From: Bacteroidales bacterium
Lineage (GTDB): Bacteria > Bacteroidota > Bacteroidia > Bacteroidales > UBA7960
Assembly (NCBI GenBank): GCA_007125585.1
Contig: SLCY01000037.1
Coordinates: 422-64,421 of the forward strand
Length of the DNA: 64,000 bases
Direction of reading: 5' to 3'
The notes below the pieces were generated by a model. That model saw only the letters and a list, made by a program, of their open reading frames with translations, did no database searches and was not told the DNA's origin. The position numbers were made by a program, and so were the translations under genes. This document shows, piece by piece, positions 38,831 to 48,102 of the stretch (position 1 is its first letter; every line of letters begins with the position of its first letter).

Positions 38831-39307
38831 ATGAAAAGAACCAGGCCAGGGAATGTGTTTTTCTATCTGTTATGCCTCACTCTCACCTTTCAGGCATGCC
38901 AGCGGGGAGTGGTATATCAGGATCATCACAACCTGCCCTCCGAAGGATGGGAGCATCAGGATGGCATCCTTTTTGAGACCAATATTGACGATACTCTGTC
39001 GCTGCATGAGCTCTATCTGGATGTCAGAAACACCACGGATTATGCATACAGCAACTTGTTCCTTTTTCTGGAAATCGCGTTTCCCGATGGCAGGATGCTG
39101 CGCGACACGATAGAATGCGTGCTGGCCGACAAAAGAGGGCAGTGGACAGGAAGGGGCTTCGGCCATGTCCGTGCCAACCGGTTCCTGTTTCGCGACGATG
39201 TGTGGTTCCCGCAAGAGGGGGTCTACCGCTTCAGGCTATACCATGGCATGCGCCATGAACTGCTTGAAGGCATTTCCGATATTGGCATCCGCATCGAGAA
39301 AAAATAA
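38831..39307 (+). CDS. gldH: Gliding-motility lipoprotein GldH
   Basis: Lipoprotein signal with Cys (TFQAC), about 158 aa, YAYSNLFLFLEI and RGFGH blocks typical of GldH. The position between the PSP1 and PBP1A genes matches my recollection of the Flavobacterium gldH neighbourhood (from memory, not checked). Confidence 0.75.
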   Translation: MKRTRPGNVFFYLLCLTLTFQACQRGVVYQDHHNLPSEGWEHQDGILFETNIDDTLSLHELYLDVRNTTDYAYSNLFLFLEIAFPDGRMLRDTIECVLADKRGQWTGRGFGHVRANRFLFRDDVWFPQEGVYRFRLYHGMRHELLEGISDIGIRIEKK

Positions 39308-39353
39308 TAAACCGGCCGGGAGAACGTTTTTTTACAAATCCTCTTCACCGTAT

Positions 39354-41609
39354 ATGAGCAAAAAAGTTTCAAAGAAACGCAAATACACCCTTGTTTTCTG
39401 GTCTGTTTTTACAGCGCCTGTAGTGCTTGTCTTTTTGCTTTTCTTTTCTATATCAGCCGGGCTGTTGGGGTTCATGCCTTCTTTTGAAGAACTCGAAAAC
39501 CCCAAAAGCAACCTTGCCAGCGAAATCTATTCTGCTGACGGGGTCCTGCTGGGGACGTTCTATATCCATAACCGCTCCAACATCCAATATGACGACCTTT
39601 CCCCAAACATCGTACAAGCCTTGCTGGCCACGGAAGATATACGGTTTCGCCACCATTCCGGGGTGGACATTCGCAGCATCTTCAGGGTGCTGATAAGGAA
39701 TATCATTGGCGGCCAGCGAAGCGCCGGCGGGGGCAGCACACTCAGCCAACAGCTGGCGAAAAACCTTTTCCCCAGAGAAGCAAACATTTCCAGGGCACAG
39801 ATCGCCCTCATCAAACTCAAAGAATGGGTGACGGCTGCCAGGCTCGAACGAAACTATACCAAAGACGAGATCATCGCCATGTATCTGAACACGGTCGACT
39901 TCGGAAGCCACGCGTTTGGCATCAAATCGGCCGCAAAAACATATTTCAACACATGTCCCGGTGAAATAACTGTCGAAGAAGCCGCCCTGCTGGTGGGCCT
40001 TCTCAAAGCCCCCTCATGGTACCACCCGGTAAGAAACCCCGAAAGGGCATTTGACCGCCGCCAGGTGGTGCTTACCCAGATGGCACGATACCAGTTCATC
40101 ACCCCGGAAGAGCTCGACTCCCTGCGATCCATCCCGCTTGACATGTCCTCTTTCCAGATCCAGGACCAGCATACCGGCATTGCCACGTACTTCCGTGAAC
40201 AACTCCGCACAGAACTCAGACAATGGAGCAGGACACACACAAAGCCCGATGGCACGCATTATGACATTTATCGCGACGGCCTGAAGATATACACCACCAT
40301 CGACTCCCGCATGCAGCAATATGCTGAGGAAGCTGTGAGGGAACAGATGGGAAACTATCTTCAACCCGAGTTTTACAGGCACTGGCGGGGATATACCAGG
40401 GCTCCCTACGATACTGACCTCACTGTCCAGCAGGTAGAAGAAAATATTATGCGAACCATAAGGCGGTCGGACAGGTACCGTGGTTTGCGCCGTCAAGGCG
40501 TCCCTGAAGATTCCATCATGACAAACTTCGAAGAGCCGGTGCCAATGCGCGTGTTTTCGTGGGATGGGGACATCGACACCATCATGACACCACTGGACTC
40601 CATCTGGTATTACAAGCACTTCCTGAACGCAAGCCTGATGGCCGTTGAACCCCATACAGGGCATGTAAAGGCCTATGTTGCGGGCAACGACTTCCGGCAT
40701 TTCAAATTCGACCATATCGTGGGCAGCCGCCGGCAGGTAGGATCCGTCTTCAAGCCGTTCCTCTACACCCTGGCCATGCAGGAAGGTGAGTTCGGCCCTT
40801 GTACCCGGGTTCCCAACACCCCTGTTTCCTTTGAGTTGTGGGACGGGACATTGTGGACGCCCCAAAACGCCAGTGACGACCGCGAAGGAGAGATGGTCAC
40901 CCTTCAATGGGCCCTTGCCAACTCGGTGAACTACATTTCAGCCTTCCTGATGAAACGCTATTCACCCGAAGCGCTGATACGCCTTGTGCGACGCATGGGG
41001 GTGCAGAGCCATATTGACCCTTACCCTGCCATCGCCCTGGGAACCCCGGACCTTTCTGTCTATGAGATCGCAGGGGCCAACGCCACCTACGCAAACAAAG
41101 GGGTCTATATCGAACCAACTTTTGTCACCAGGATAGAGGACCAGACCGGGAACCTTATCGAAGCCTTTATGCCGCAACGGGAAGAAGCCATGAGTGAGGA
41201 GACGGCCTGGCTGATGCTGGAGCTGATGAAAGGGGTGGTCATGGAAGGTACAGGGCGACGCCTGACCTGGCGATACGGCTTCGACCATCCCATCGCCGGC
41301 AAAACGGGGACAACACAAAGCAACTCCGACGGCTGGTTTGTAGGGGTCACCCCGGACCTGGTGGCCGCCACCTGGGTCGGCGGCGAAGACCGTGGCATAA
41401 GGTTCCGTGACCTGACACTGGGCCAGGGCGCCAACACCGCCCTGCCAATATGGGCCAAGTTTATGACAAGAATATATGAAGACGAAACCCTCGATGTCAG
41501 CATGGGCGACTTTGAACCACCACTCCATCCACCATCCATAGAAACAGACTGTTCCAAAGTGGAACAAAGAGATTCACCCAGGGACTATTTCAGACGAGAC
41601 GTGTTTTGA
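39354..41609 (+). CDS. Penicillin-binding protein 1A (bifunctional transglycosylase/transpeptidase)
   Basis: GT51 motifs EDIRFRHHSGVD and GGSTLSQQLAKN. Transpeptidase motifs SVFKP (SxxK) and KTGTT. Start moved from 39165, which overlaps gldH. Confidence 0.9.
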   Translation: MSKKVSKKRKYTLVFWSVFTAPVVLVFLLFFSISAGLLGFMPSFEELENPKSNLASEIYSADGVLLGTFYIHNRSNIQYDDLSPNIVQALLATEDIRFRHHSGVDIRSIFRVLIRNIIGGQRSAGGGSTLSQQLAKNLFPREANISRAQIALIKLKEWVTAARLERNYTKDEIIAMYLNTVDFGSHAFGIKSAAKTYFNTCPGEITVEEAALLVGLLKAPSWYHPVRNPERAFDRRQVVLTQMARYQFITPEELDSLRSIPLDMSSFQIQDQHTGIATYFREQLRTELRQWSRTHTKPDGTHYDIYRDGLKIYTTIDSRMQQYAEEAVREQMGNYLQPEFYRHWRGYTRAPYDTDLTVQQVEENIMRTIRRSDRYRGLRRQGVPEDSIMTNFEEPVPMRVFSWDGDIDTIMTPLDSIWYYKHFLNASLMAVEPHTGHVKAYVAGNDFRHFKFDHIVGSRRQVGSVFKPFLYTLAMQEGEFGPCTRVPNTPVSFELWDGTLWTPQNASDDREGEMVTLQWALANSVNYISAFLMKRYSPEALIRLVRRMGVQSHIDPYPAIALGTPDLSVYEIAGANATYANKGVYIEPTFVTRIEDQTGNLIEAFMPQREEAMSEETAWLMLELMKGVVMEGTGRRLTWRYGFDHPIAGKTGTTQSNSDGWFVGVTPDLVAATWVGGEDRGIRFRDLTLGQGANTALPIWAKFMTRIYEDETLDVSMGDFEPPLHPPSIETDCSKVEQRDSPRDYFRRDVF

Positions 41610-41776
41610 CCACCTCCCGTAAAGGTCCCACAACAAAATGGAAAAGACCCTGCCCGAAAGAACACTGTTGCCTGCCAGGGAAAAGACACTGGCAGCCAGC
41701 TCCCGGAGCAAAGGGCCCGGTTCAGATGGAAGACATTCCAACGCTCCGGCTTGTAACCTGTAAATACTGTTTGTCA

Positions 41777-44119
41777 ATGAATACCCTATCACGGTTCCTC
41801 CTGTCATCCATCCTTTTCGCCGGTTTTTTGATGTCGCCGCCATCAGAAGCAATTGCCCGTGAAATAGCGATCGGCCAATGGCGGCACCACCTGCCCAACA
41901 ACAAAATTCTTTTTCTTGCCGAAACGCCTGACCGCGTCGTCGGTGCCACTCCCTACGGACTGGTTGTGTATAACAAAGGGGACAGCAGCATGGAGCGCAT
42001 CAACAAAGTTGACGGGCTCAGCGATTTCGGCATCACGGCCATTGCCTGGATCGATGGGCAACACTCCCTGGTCCTTGGCTATGAGAACGGCAACCTGGAT
42101 ATACTTACGGGTAACGGTTTTTCCAACATCCCCGATATCATGCAGGCATCCATCCTGGGGAGCAAGCGCATCAACCGTATCGTCACATATGGCAACAATG
42201 CCTTGCTGGCCTGCGACTTCGGGATCATTGAACTGGATATTTCCGAGATGCTTATCCGCGACACCTGGTACATCGGCCCGTATGGCAGCATGGTTAACGT
42301 GAATGACCTGCTGCTGACAGATACCACGATCTATGCAGCGACCAATGCCGGCCTGCTGCATGCCAGCCTGGATGCGCCCAACCTGGCGGACTTTAACCAC
42401 TGGCATAAAGCAGGGGTCACCGGCCAAAACAATGAGTCTTTCAACTTCATCGAGTCGCATGGTGCAAAACTGGTCGTGAACCGGACCGACGGGGTGGCCG
42501 ACAGCCTGTATATCTATGACGGATGGGGATGGCAGGGCTTCACCCCACCGGGTGACTTTGACGGGCCGGTGAACCGTTTTGTGCGTTCCAGCAACAACCT
42601 TCTGCTGGTAGGCAGCGGCCAGCGCCTCGACATGTTCGACATGAACATGGATCTGGTGCAGCAGGTGGAGAGCTACCATTCAGGCAACCCGACCCCGAAT
42701 GACGCCATGTTTGATGAGGACAACACCTTGTGGATTGCAGACGACCGCAGAGGCCTGGTCAGGGAACACGGGCCCCAGAGCTATGAGCAGATCGTCCTGT
42801 CAGGTCCCGATTACCCCAATGCCTTCGGGCTTGCTCATGCCAACGGCAGACTCTGGGTGGCACCCGGCTTCATCACCTACATTGGCAGCAACAGCTGGAA
42901 CCAGCACGGATATTACTTTTTCGAAGATGGCAGATGGACACGCTACCGGCGCTCACAGTTTCCCATCCTCGACAACGTGGCAGACATTATCGACATCACC
43001 GTCGACCCCCGCAACCCGGAAAGAGCCTTTGCGTCAGCATGGTGGGGCGGGATGGTGGTGGTCTCTACCGAAGGCGTTGTGAAACGCTATGATGAGACAA
43101 ACAGCACCCTCCAGCTTCGTGCAGGCACCCAGGACTATCTCAGGGTAGGGGGCACCGCCGTAGACCGGCACGGCAATGTATGGGTGACAAACTCCGAAGT
43201 GGAAAGACCCCTGTCTGTCAAAAGGAACAATGGTCAATGGAAGTCATTCAGCAGCGGAGGGCTGGTTGACCCGCAGTCAAGGGTGAGGGAGATCATCATA
43301 GACAACCACGACCAGAAATGGATCAACCTGGCAGGGAACGGTATCTTCCTGTTCAAGGAACATTCCCTGGAGCACACCAGCGACTTTGATGCCCGCCGCC
43401 TTACCACCCAGACCGGCAACGGCGGATTGCCCAGCAACAGGGTGCACAGCATGGCCATGGACCTCAGCGGCTATATTTGGATAGGGACAGATGAAGGCGT
43501 GGCCGTGTTCTTCTCACCACAACGCGCCTTCACCGGCGAACCTTTCGATGCCCAACGCATCATCGTGGAACAGGAAGATGGCTTTGCCGGATATCTGCTG
43601 GAAACAGAGACCGTCACCAGCATTACCGTCGACGGATCGAACAAGAAATGGTTTGGGACAGAGCGCTCTGGTGCCTTCCTCCTCTCAGCCGACGGCCGCG
43701 AAACGATCTTTCACTTCAATAAGGAAAACAGCCCCCTGCCATCAAACAACATCTTCGACATCGCCATCAACGGCCGGAACGGGGAGGTTTTCTTTGCCAC
43801 CGACCTCGGACTGGTGTCCTTCCGTGGGTTCGCTACCGAAGCCACCACCAGGCACACCGATGTGTATGCCTATCCAAACCCCGTCCGGCACGGGTACGAC
43901 GGCTACATCGCCGTGAAAGGGCTGGTGAGAAATGCGAAGGTAAAAGTCACCGACATCAGCGGAAACCTCGTCTGGGAAACCGTTGCCGAAGGCGGACAAG
44001 CCATATGGAACGGCCGCGACCTGTTTGGACGAAGGCCCTCAACAGGGGTCTACCTGGTCTTTTCGACCAACGACGACGGTGAAGAAACCGTGGTCACAAA
44101 AATCATGTTTATCAACTGA
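41777..44119 (+). CDS. Beta-propeller protein with T9SS C-terminal sorting domain, PorZ-like
   Basis: Signal peptide, repeated Reg_prop-like blades, N-terminal W(R)HHLP...GYENGNLDIL pattern, and a C-terminal type-A CTD (AYPNPV...GVYLV...KIMFIN). PorZ orthology is not verified. Confidence 0.55.
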   Translation: MNTLSRFLLSSILFAGFLMSPPSEAIAREIAIGQWRHHLPNNKILFLAETPDRVVGATPYGLVVYNKGDSSMERINKVDGLSDFGITAIAWIDGQHSLVLGYENGNLDILTGNGFSNIPDIMQASILGSKRINRIVTYGNNALLACDFGIIELDISEMLIRDTWYIGPYGSMVNVNDLLLTDTTIYAATNAGLLHASLDAPNLADFNHWHKAGVTGQNNESFNFIESHGAKLVVNRTDGVADSLYIYDGWGWQGFTPPGDFDGPVNRFVRSSNNLLLVGSGQRLDMFDMNMDLVQQVESYHSGNPTPNDAMFDEDNTLWIADDRRGLVREHGPQSYEQIVLSGPDYPNAFGLAHANGRLWVAPGFITYIGSNSWNQHGYYFFEDGRWTRYRRSQFPILDNVADIIDITVDPRNPERAFASAWWGGMVVVSTEGVVKRYDETNSTLQLRAGTQDYLRVGGTAVDRHGNVWVTNSEVERPLSVKRNNGQWKSFSSGGLVDPQSRVREIIIDNHDQKWINLAGNGIFLFKEHSLEHTSDFDARRLTTQTGNGGLPSNRVHSMAMDLSGYIWIGTDEGVAVFFSPQRAFTGEPFDAQRIIVEQEDGFAGYLLETETVTSITVDGSNKKWFGTERSGAFLLSADGRETIFHFNKENSPLPSNNIFDIAINGRNGEVFFATDLGLVSFRGFATEATTRHTDVYAYPNPVRHGYDGYIAVKGLVRNAKVKVTDISGNLVWETVAEGGQAIWNGRDLFGRRPSTGVYLVFSTNDDGEETVVTKIMFIN

Positions 44120-44217
44120 CCCACAGGGAACAAACGAATCATCGCATAAAGGGGTACCCTCCGGAAACAATATGTGTTGTCAGGTTGTAACAAACTTTAT
44201 CGCTATACAAGCCCCCC

Positions 44218-44946
44218 ATGATCCTCAAGACCGACGGCATCGTCATACATACGCTCAAATACGGTGAAACGAGCATTATCGCGCGGATATTTACCAGCAA
44301 AATGGGAATGCAGTCCTACCTGGCTCGCGGGGTGAGAACATCAAAATCAGCACACAAGCAACTGCTTTTCCAGCCATTGACGCTGGTCAGCATGGTAGCC
44401 TATCACAAGGACAGTGACGGGCTGAAGAACATCAAGGAGATCGGGTTCCTGGAAACCTTTCAGACGATCCCCTACCAGATCCATAAAACAAGCCTGGCCA
44501 TCTTTCTTGCCGAGGTCCTCTCCCACTCCCTGAAAAACCAGGAGGCCAACAACGAGCTCTTTGACTTTGTTCGTGATGCACTGCTGTTCCTCGACCGGAC
44601 AAAAGGGCCGGTTACAAGCTTTCACCTGGTATTCCTGCTTCAGCTGAGCCGTTTCCTGGGCTTTCAGCCCCGCAACAATCATGACAAGCACAACCGCTAC
44701 TTCAATCTGCAGGAAGGCATGTATCAACATATTGCTGAAAATGACGAAACCTGCCTCGACAAAGCCCTCAGCAGGACATTCAGCAAGGTTGCGGCAACGG
44801 AGCTGACCGACCTTGAAAGCCTAAGCGTACCGAAAGATCAAAGGAAGGCGCTGTTGAACAGAACGATCGACTATTACCGCTACCATCTGGCCGGCATGCC
44901 GGCGTTGAAGTCCCATACCGTGCTGGAAGCGGTCTTCGCTGAATGA
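44218..44946 (+). CDS. recO: DNA repair protein RecO
   Basis: N-terminal OB-fold pattern GIVIHTLKYGETSIIARIFT, length 242 aa. Confidence 0.8.
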   Translation: MILKTDGIVIHTLKYGETSIIARIFTSKMGMQSYLARGVRTSKSAHKQLLFQPLTLVSMVAYHKDSDGLKNIKEIGFLETFQTIPYQIHKTSLAIFLAEVLSHSLKNQEANNELFDFVRDALLFLDRTKGPVTSFHLVFLLQLSRFLGFQPRNNHDKHNRYFNLQEGMYQHIAENDETCLDKALSRTFSKVAATELTDLESLSVPKDQRKALLNRTIDYYRYHLAGMPALKSHTVLEAVFAE

Positions 44947-44981
44947 GTTGCCGGGGTTAACAAGGGGAGTGGCAAGGATGG

Positions 44982-46859
44982 TTAAAACAACTCCAGCACC
45001 AACCCTGCGTTCCCCGGGATGGTCCAGGTATCAAAACCCTCATAGGTTTCACCTGTGAGCACGTCCATGCCACCGGCATATCCATCCCAGCCCTCACGAA
45101 AACGTTCCAGGTCAAGCCTTATATCGTTTTCGTTGCTGTTGAGGACCACCATGACCACATCTGTGTCATCATAGCGAAAATAAACATAGATATTGTCTTC
45201 GGGCACAAACTGCATCAGCCAGCCATTATAGAGCGCGGGGGTGTTCTTCCTGAAATGCAGCAAGGTGGAGATATGGTCAACGATCGCGTTTTGCTCATCC
45301 GTACGTCCTTCCCTGGTGAACTTATCAACAGGATCGCCCGGCCAGCCTCCCGGGAAGTTGGCGCGTAACAGGCCATGGCCATCGTATTCATAGGCAGACT
45401 CAAGGAGCTCCGTCCCGGTATATACCTGTGGGATGCCACGCGTGGTAAAGATAAAGGTCAGGGCCATCCTGAGCTTGTCCAGGTCCTCTCCCACCTTCGT
45501 GAAGATGCGGTCCGTATCATGATTGTCACCAAACACCACCAGGTTGTAAGGGTCAGGATACAGGAAATCCTGTGCCAGGGTGTTGTAAAGACGAATCATA
45601 CCGGCCGACCATCCCGGCTCCTCCGTAAAAGCCCGGCCAATATCGTCATAGAGGGCAAAGTCGAACACCGAAGGGAAATGGGAGTCATATCCGTCGTGGT
45701 TTTCTTTTCCCCCCTGATAATAGCTTATCATGGCAGGGATACCGATCCATGCTTCCCCGATGATCATAAAATACGGGTATTCATCCATAATGTAACGGGC
45801 CCAGTCTGACATAAAGAAGCGGTCGGCATAAGGCTGGGTGTCCATGCGGATCCCCCGGATGCCCGCATACTCTATCCACCAAACACTGTTTTGTTTCAGG
45901 TAATGCGCCAAAAGACGGTTTTGCTGGTTCAGGTCAGGCATATTGGTGTCGAACCACCCTTTCACCATACGGTCGAAATCGTGTTGCGATGCATGGGGGT
46001 CGACAATGGTGGTCATACGATAGGTTGTCCGGGTAAAGCTGTCCCATTGATGGATCCAGTCAGACGACGGCAGGTCATCCATCCACCAGTGATGGTGCCC
46101 ACAGTGGTTCAGGATGATGTCCTTGATGATCTTGATGCCTTTCTCCTCAGCCTTTTCAATCAGCCGGACATAGTCCTCGTTGGTGCCAAAACGGGGGTCT
46201 ATCTTATAATAGTCGGTGGTGGCATAGCCGTGGTAGCTGTAAATGGGCTGGTTGTTTTCCAGCACCGGGTTCAGCCAGATGGCAGAGAAGCCCATGCCGC
46301 TTATGTGATCCAGGTTGTTGATGATCCCCTGGAGATCACCCCCATGCCGCCCGTCAGGATTGCTGCGGTCGGCCCGCTCCAGCATCCCGGGCTGGTCGTC
46401 AAGGGTGGGGTCGCCGTTAGCAAACCGGTCGGGCATCAGCAGGTAAACGGCATCCGAAATGTTCAGGCCCTCACGGTACCGTGAATGAGGATCACGCCGC
46501 CTCAGCTCGTAATCGTAAGCATACAAGGTTTCCCCCTCCGAAACAAAGCGGATAGGGAAAGATCCGGACATTGCATCCTCTATATCGATATAAATGAAAA
46601 GATAGTTCGGGCTTTCAACGGCAACCACTTCTTTTACGGAAACACCCGGATGATCGATCTCAACACGTGTGTTGCCAATGTTCTCTCCCCAAGCCATGAT
46701 CTGTAGACGGGTATGCACCATGTCAGTCCACCAGAACGGGGGTTCAACCCTGTCGGGTTCCGTTGCAGCCCAAAGGCCGGCAGGCAATGAAAAAAACAGG
46801 AAGAACAAGAGGCCGAACCTCAGGATTGTAATACCGGTGATCTTTGCAAAACGTTTCAT
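44982..46859 (-). CDS. GH13 alpha-amylase family enzyme (cyclomaltodextrinase/neopullulanase, SusA-like), secreted
   Basis: Signal peptide. GH13 blocks DIILNHCGHHH, GIRGIRMDT and IGEAW, with FGDNHD as region IV. Confidence 0.85.
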   Translation of the reverse strand: MKRFAKITGITILRFGLLFFLFFSLPAGLWAATEPDRVEPPFWWTDMVHTRLQIMAWGENIGNTRVEIDHPGVSVKEVVAVESPNYLFIYIDIEDAMSGSFPIRFVSEGETLYAYDYELRRRDPHSRYREGLNISDAVYLLMPDRFANGDPTLDDQPGMLERADRSNPDGRHGGDLQGIINNLDHISGMGFSAIWLNPVLENNQPIYSYHGYATTDYYKIDPRFGTNEDYVRLIEKAEEKGIKIIKDIILNHCGHHHWWMDDLPSSDWIHQWDSFTRTTYRMTTIVDPHASQHDFDRMVKGWFDTNMPDLNQQNRLLAHYLKQNSVWWIEYAGIRGIRMDTQPYADRFFMSDWARYIMDEYPYFMIIGEAWIGIPAMISYYQGGKENHDGYDSHFPSVFDFALYDDIGRAFTEEPGWSAGMIRLYNTLAQDFLYPDPYNLVVFGDNHDTDRIFTKVGEDLDKLRMALTFIFTTRGIPQVYTGTELLESAYEYDGHGLLRANFPGGWPGDPVDKFTREGRTDEQNAIVDHISTLLHFRKNTPALYNGWLMQFVPEDNIYVYFRYDDTDVVMVVLNSNENDIRLDLERFREGWDGYAGGMDVLTGETYEGFDTWTIPGNAGLVLELF

Positions 46860-47021
46860 AGGATTTCCATTATTAAGATTATTAACAGGTGACCGTTTTT
46901 GTTGTCAAGGTTTTGATGCGCCGGAGCACCCGCTGTGAACCCGCGATTCAGGGTCCGGCGTTGGTTGTGGCCGCCTGTGCACATAAGGCAGCTCACCGGA
47001 ACCACAAACGGTTCCGGGCAA

Positions 47022-47882
47022 TTATTTCGCATGCTTTGGCCCATCGTCCACTACCAGGTCGCGGATTTCATCCAGGACCTTTTCTTTTTTCGATGCGGTA
47101 AGCCCCAGCTGATCGAGCAGGCCCGGCTTTCCCAACAGCTGCCGGCACAGGACCATCTCTTTTTCGAGCAATGCCTGCTTCTGTTTCTTGTTCAGATGGG
47201 TGAGTACAGTAACGGGGAACAGCCCCGACCGTTCTATCATGTCCCTTAAGCTCTCTTTCGGTGGATAGTCCCAGCTCACCATCCGCAACCCGACACACCG
47301 GGCATACTCTTTCGCGTCGGAAGTAAATTTCGTATTGGTGAACACCCAGCCGTGAAAGGAGCGCTTTTCAAGGCCTGGGGTCGACTTCCACCGTTGTTCG
47401 ATGTCACGGAACCTGGAGTGGATGTACAGTGGAACCCTCACGTTGCAGTACTTCCCCTGGCTGTTATAGTATTTGCATTCCACCATGAACTGCTGGTGGT
47501 CATTGTACGCCACCACATCCACTTCATGCTGGATGCACCTGCCACTCACCATCTGCCCCACCTCCACATGATAACCCATTTGGTGGAGCAGTGAGCCGAC
47601 GAAATGTTCAAAGGGGTATCCCGACGGCCCGAGTGCCATGACAGCCTTCTTCAGGCTGTAGCGCGCAGCTGTGGCACGTTGCAGCTTTGTTAGGATCTGA
47701 AAGGCTTTGCGATATAAAGCAGCGGTGGTAACCCCGTCCTCCAGGAAAGGCTTTAACCCCTCCTCCACCCTGCGCACCAGTTGCGCAGAAGCTCCGGCAC
47801 GCCGCAACGAAGCCTGGAGCTTCTCCGGGTCAAACGGTTCTTTTTCTCCAGAATGTTTCCTAACCAGGACTTTATCAGCCAT
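47022..47882 (-). CDS. ATP-cone domain fused to an Mrr/PD-(D/E)XK-type endonuclease domain
   Basis: N-terminal VLVRKHSGEKEPFDPEKLQASLRRAG fits the ATP-cone pattern. The nuclease core HEVDVVAYNDHQQFMVECKYY fits D...ExK. Start moved to MADKVLV. Confidence 0.7.
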   Translation of the reverse strand: MADKVLVRKHSGEKEPFDPEKLQASLRRAGASAQLVRRVEEGLKPFLEDGVTTAALYRKAFQILTKLQRATAARYSLKKAVMALGPSGYPFEHFVGSLLHQMGYHVEVGQMVSGRCIQHEVDVVAYNDHQQFMVECKYYNSQGKYCNVRVPLYIHSRFRDIEQRWKSTPGLEKRSFHGWVFTNTKFTSDAKEYARCVGLRMVSWDYPPKESLRDMIERSGLFPVTVLTHLNKKQKQALLEKEMVLCRQLLGKPGLLDQLGLTASKKEKVLDEIRDLVVDDGPKHAK

Positions 47883-48102
47883 AAGGGTGCATCTTGAAAA
47901 AATTACCGTAAATATAACAACTAAAAATAAATAATACCCCAACAAGCGTACCTCCGGTGGGTATCATTTAATGCCTCCGGCATTTGAATTCAGTATCAAC
48001 GTTGACTTCACCTGAGCTTAACCTCCGTCTCGGTCATGATACCGGGCTGTGGCATCGTTTTGTATCAAAAAAATGTACCTTTACATCCATATCTTACAGG
48101 CA

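Noticed and set aside
40014-40907. Long antisense ORFs inside confident genes (for example 40014-40907, 41843-42679, 48334-49080, 16075-16740, 60510-61127)
   Set aside because: They overlap strongly supported genes on the opposite strand and have low-complexity, Arg/Gly/Pro-rich compositions with no recognisable motifs. These are typical shadow ORFs.
47022-47882. The ATP-cone protein as the transcriptional repressor NrdR
   Set aside because: It has no N-terminal zinc ribbon. The C-terminal two-thirds is a PD-(D/E)XK nuclease-like domain, and no nrd genes are adjacent.
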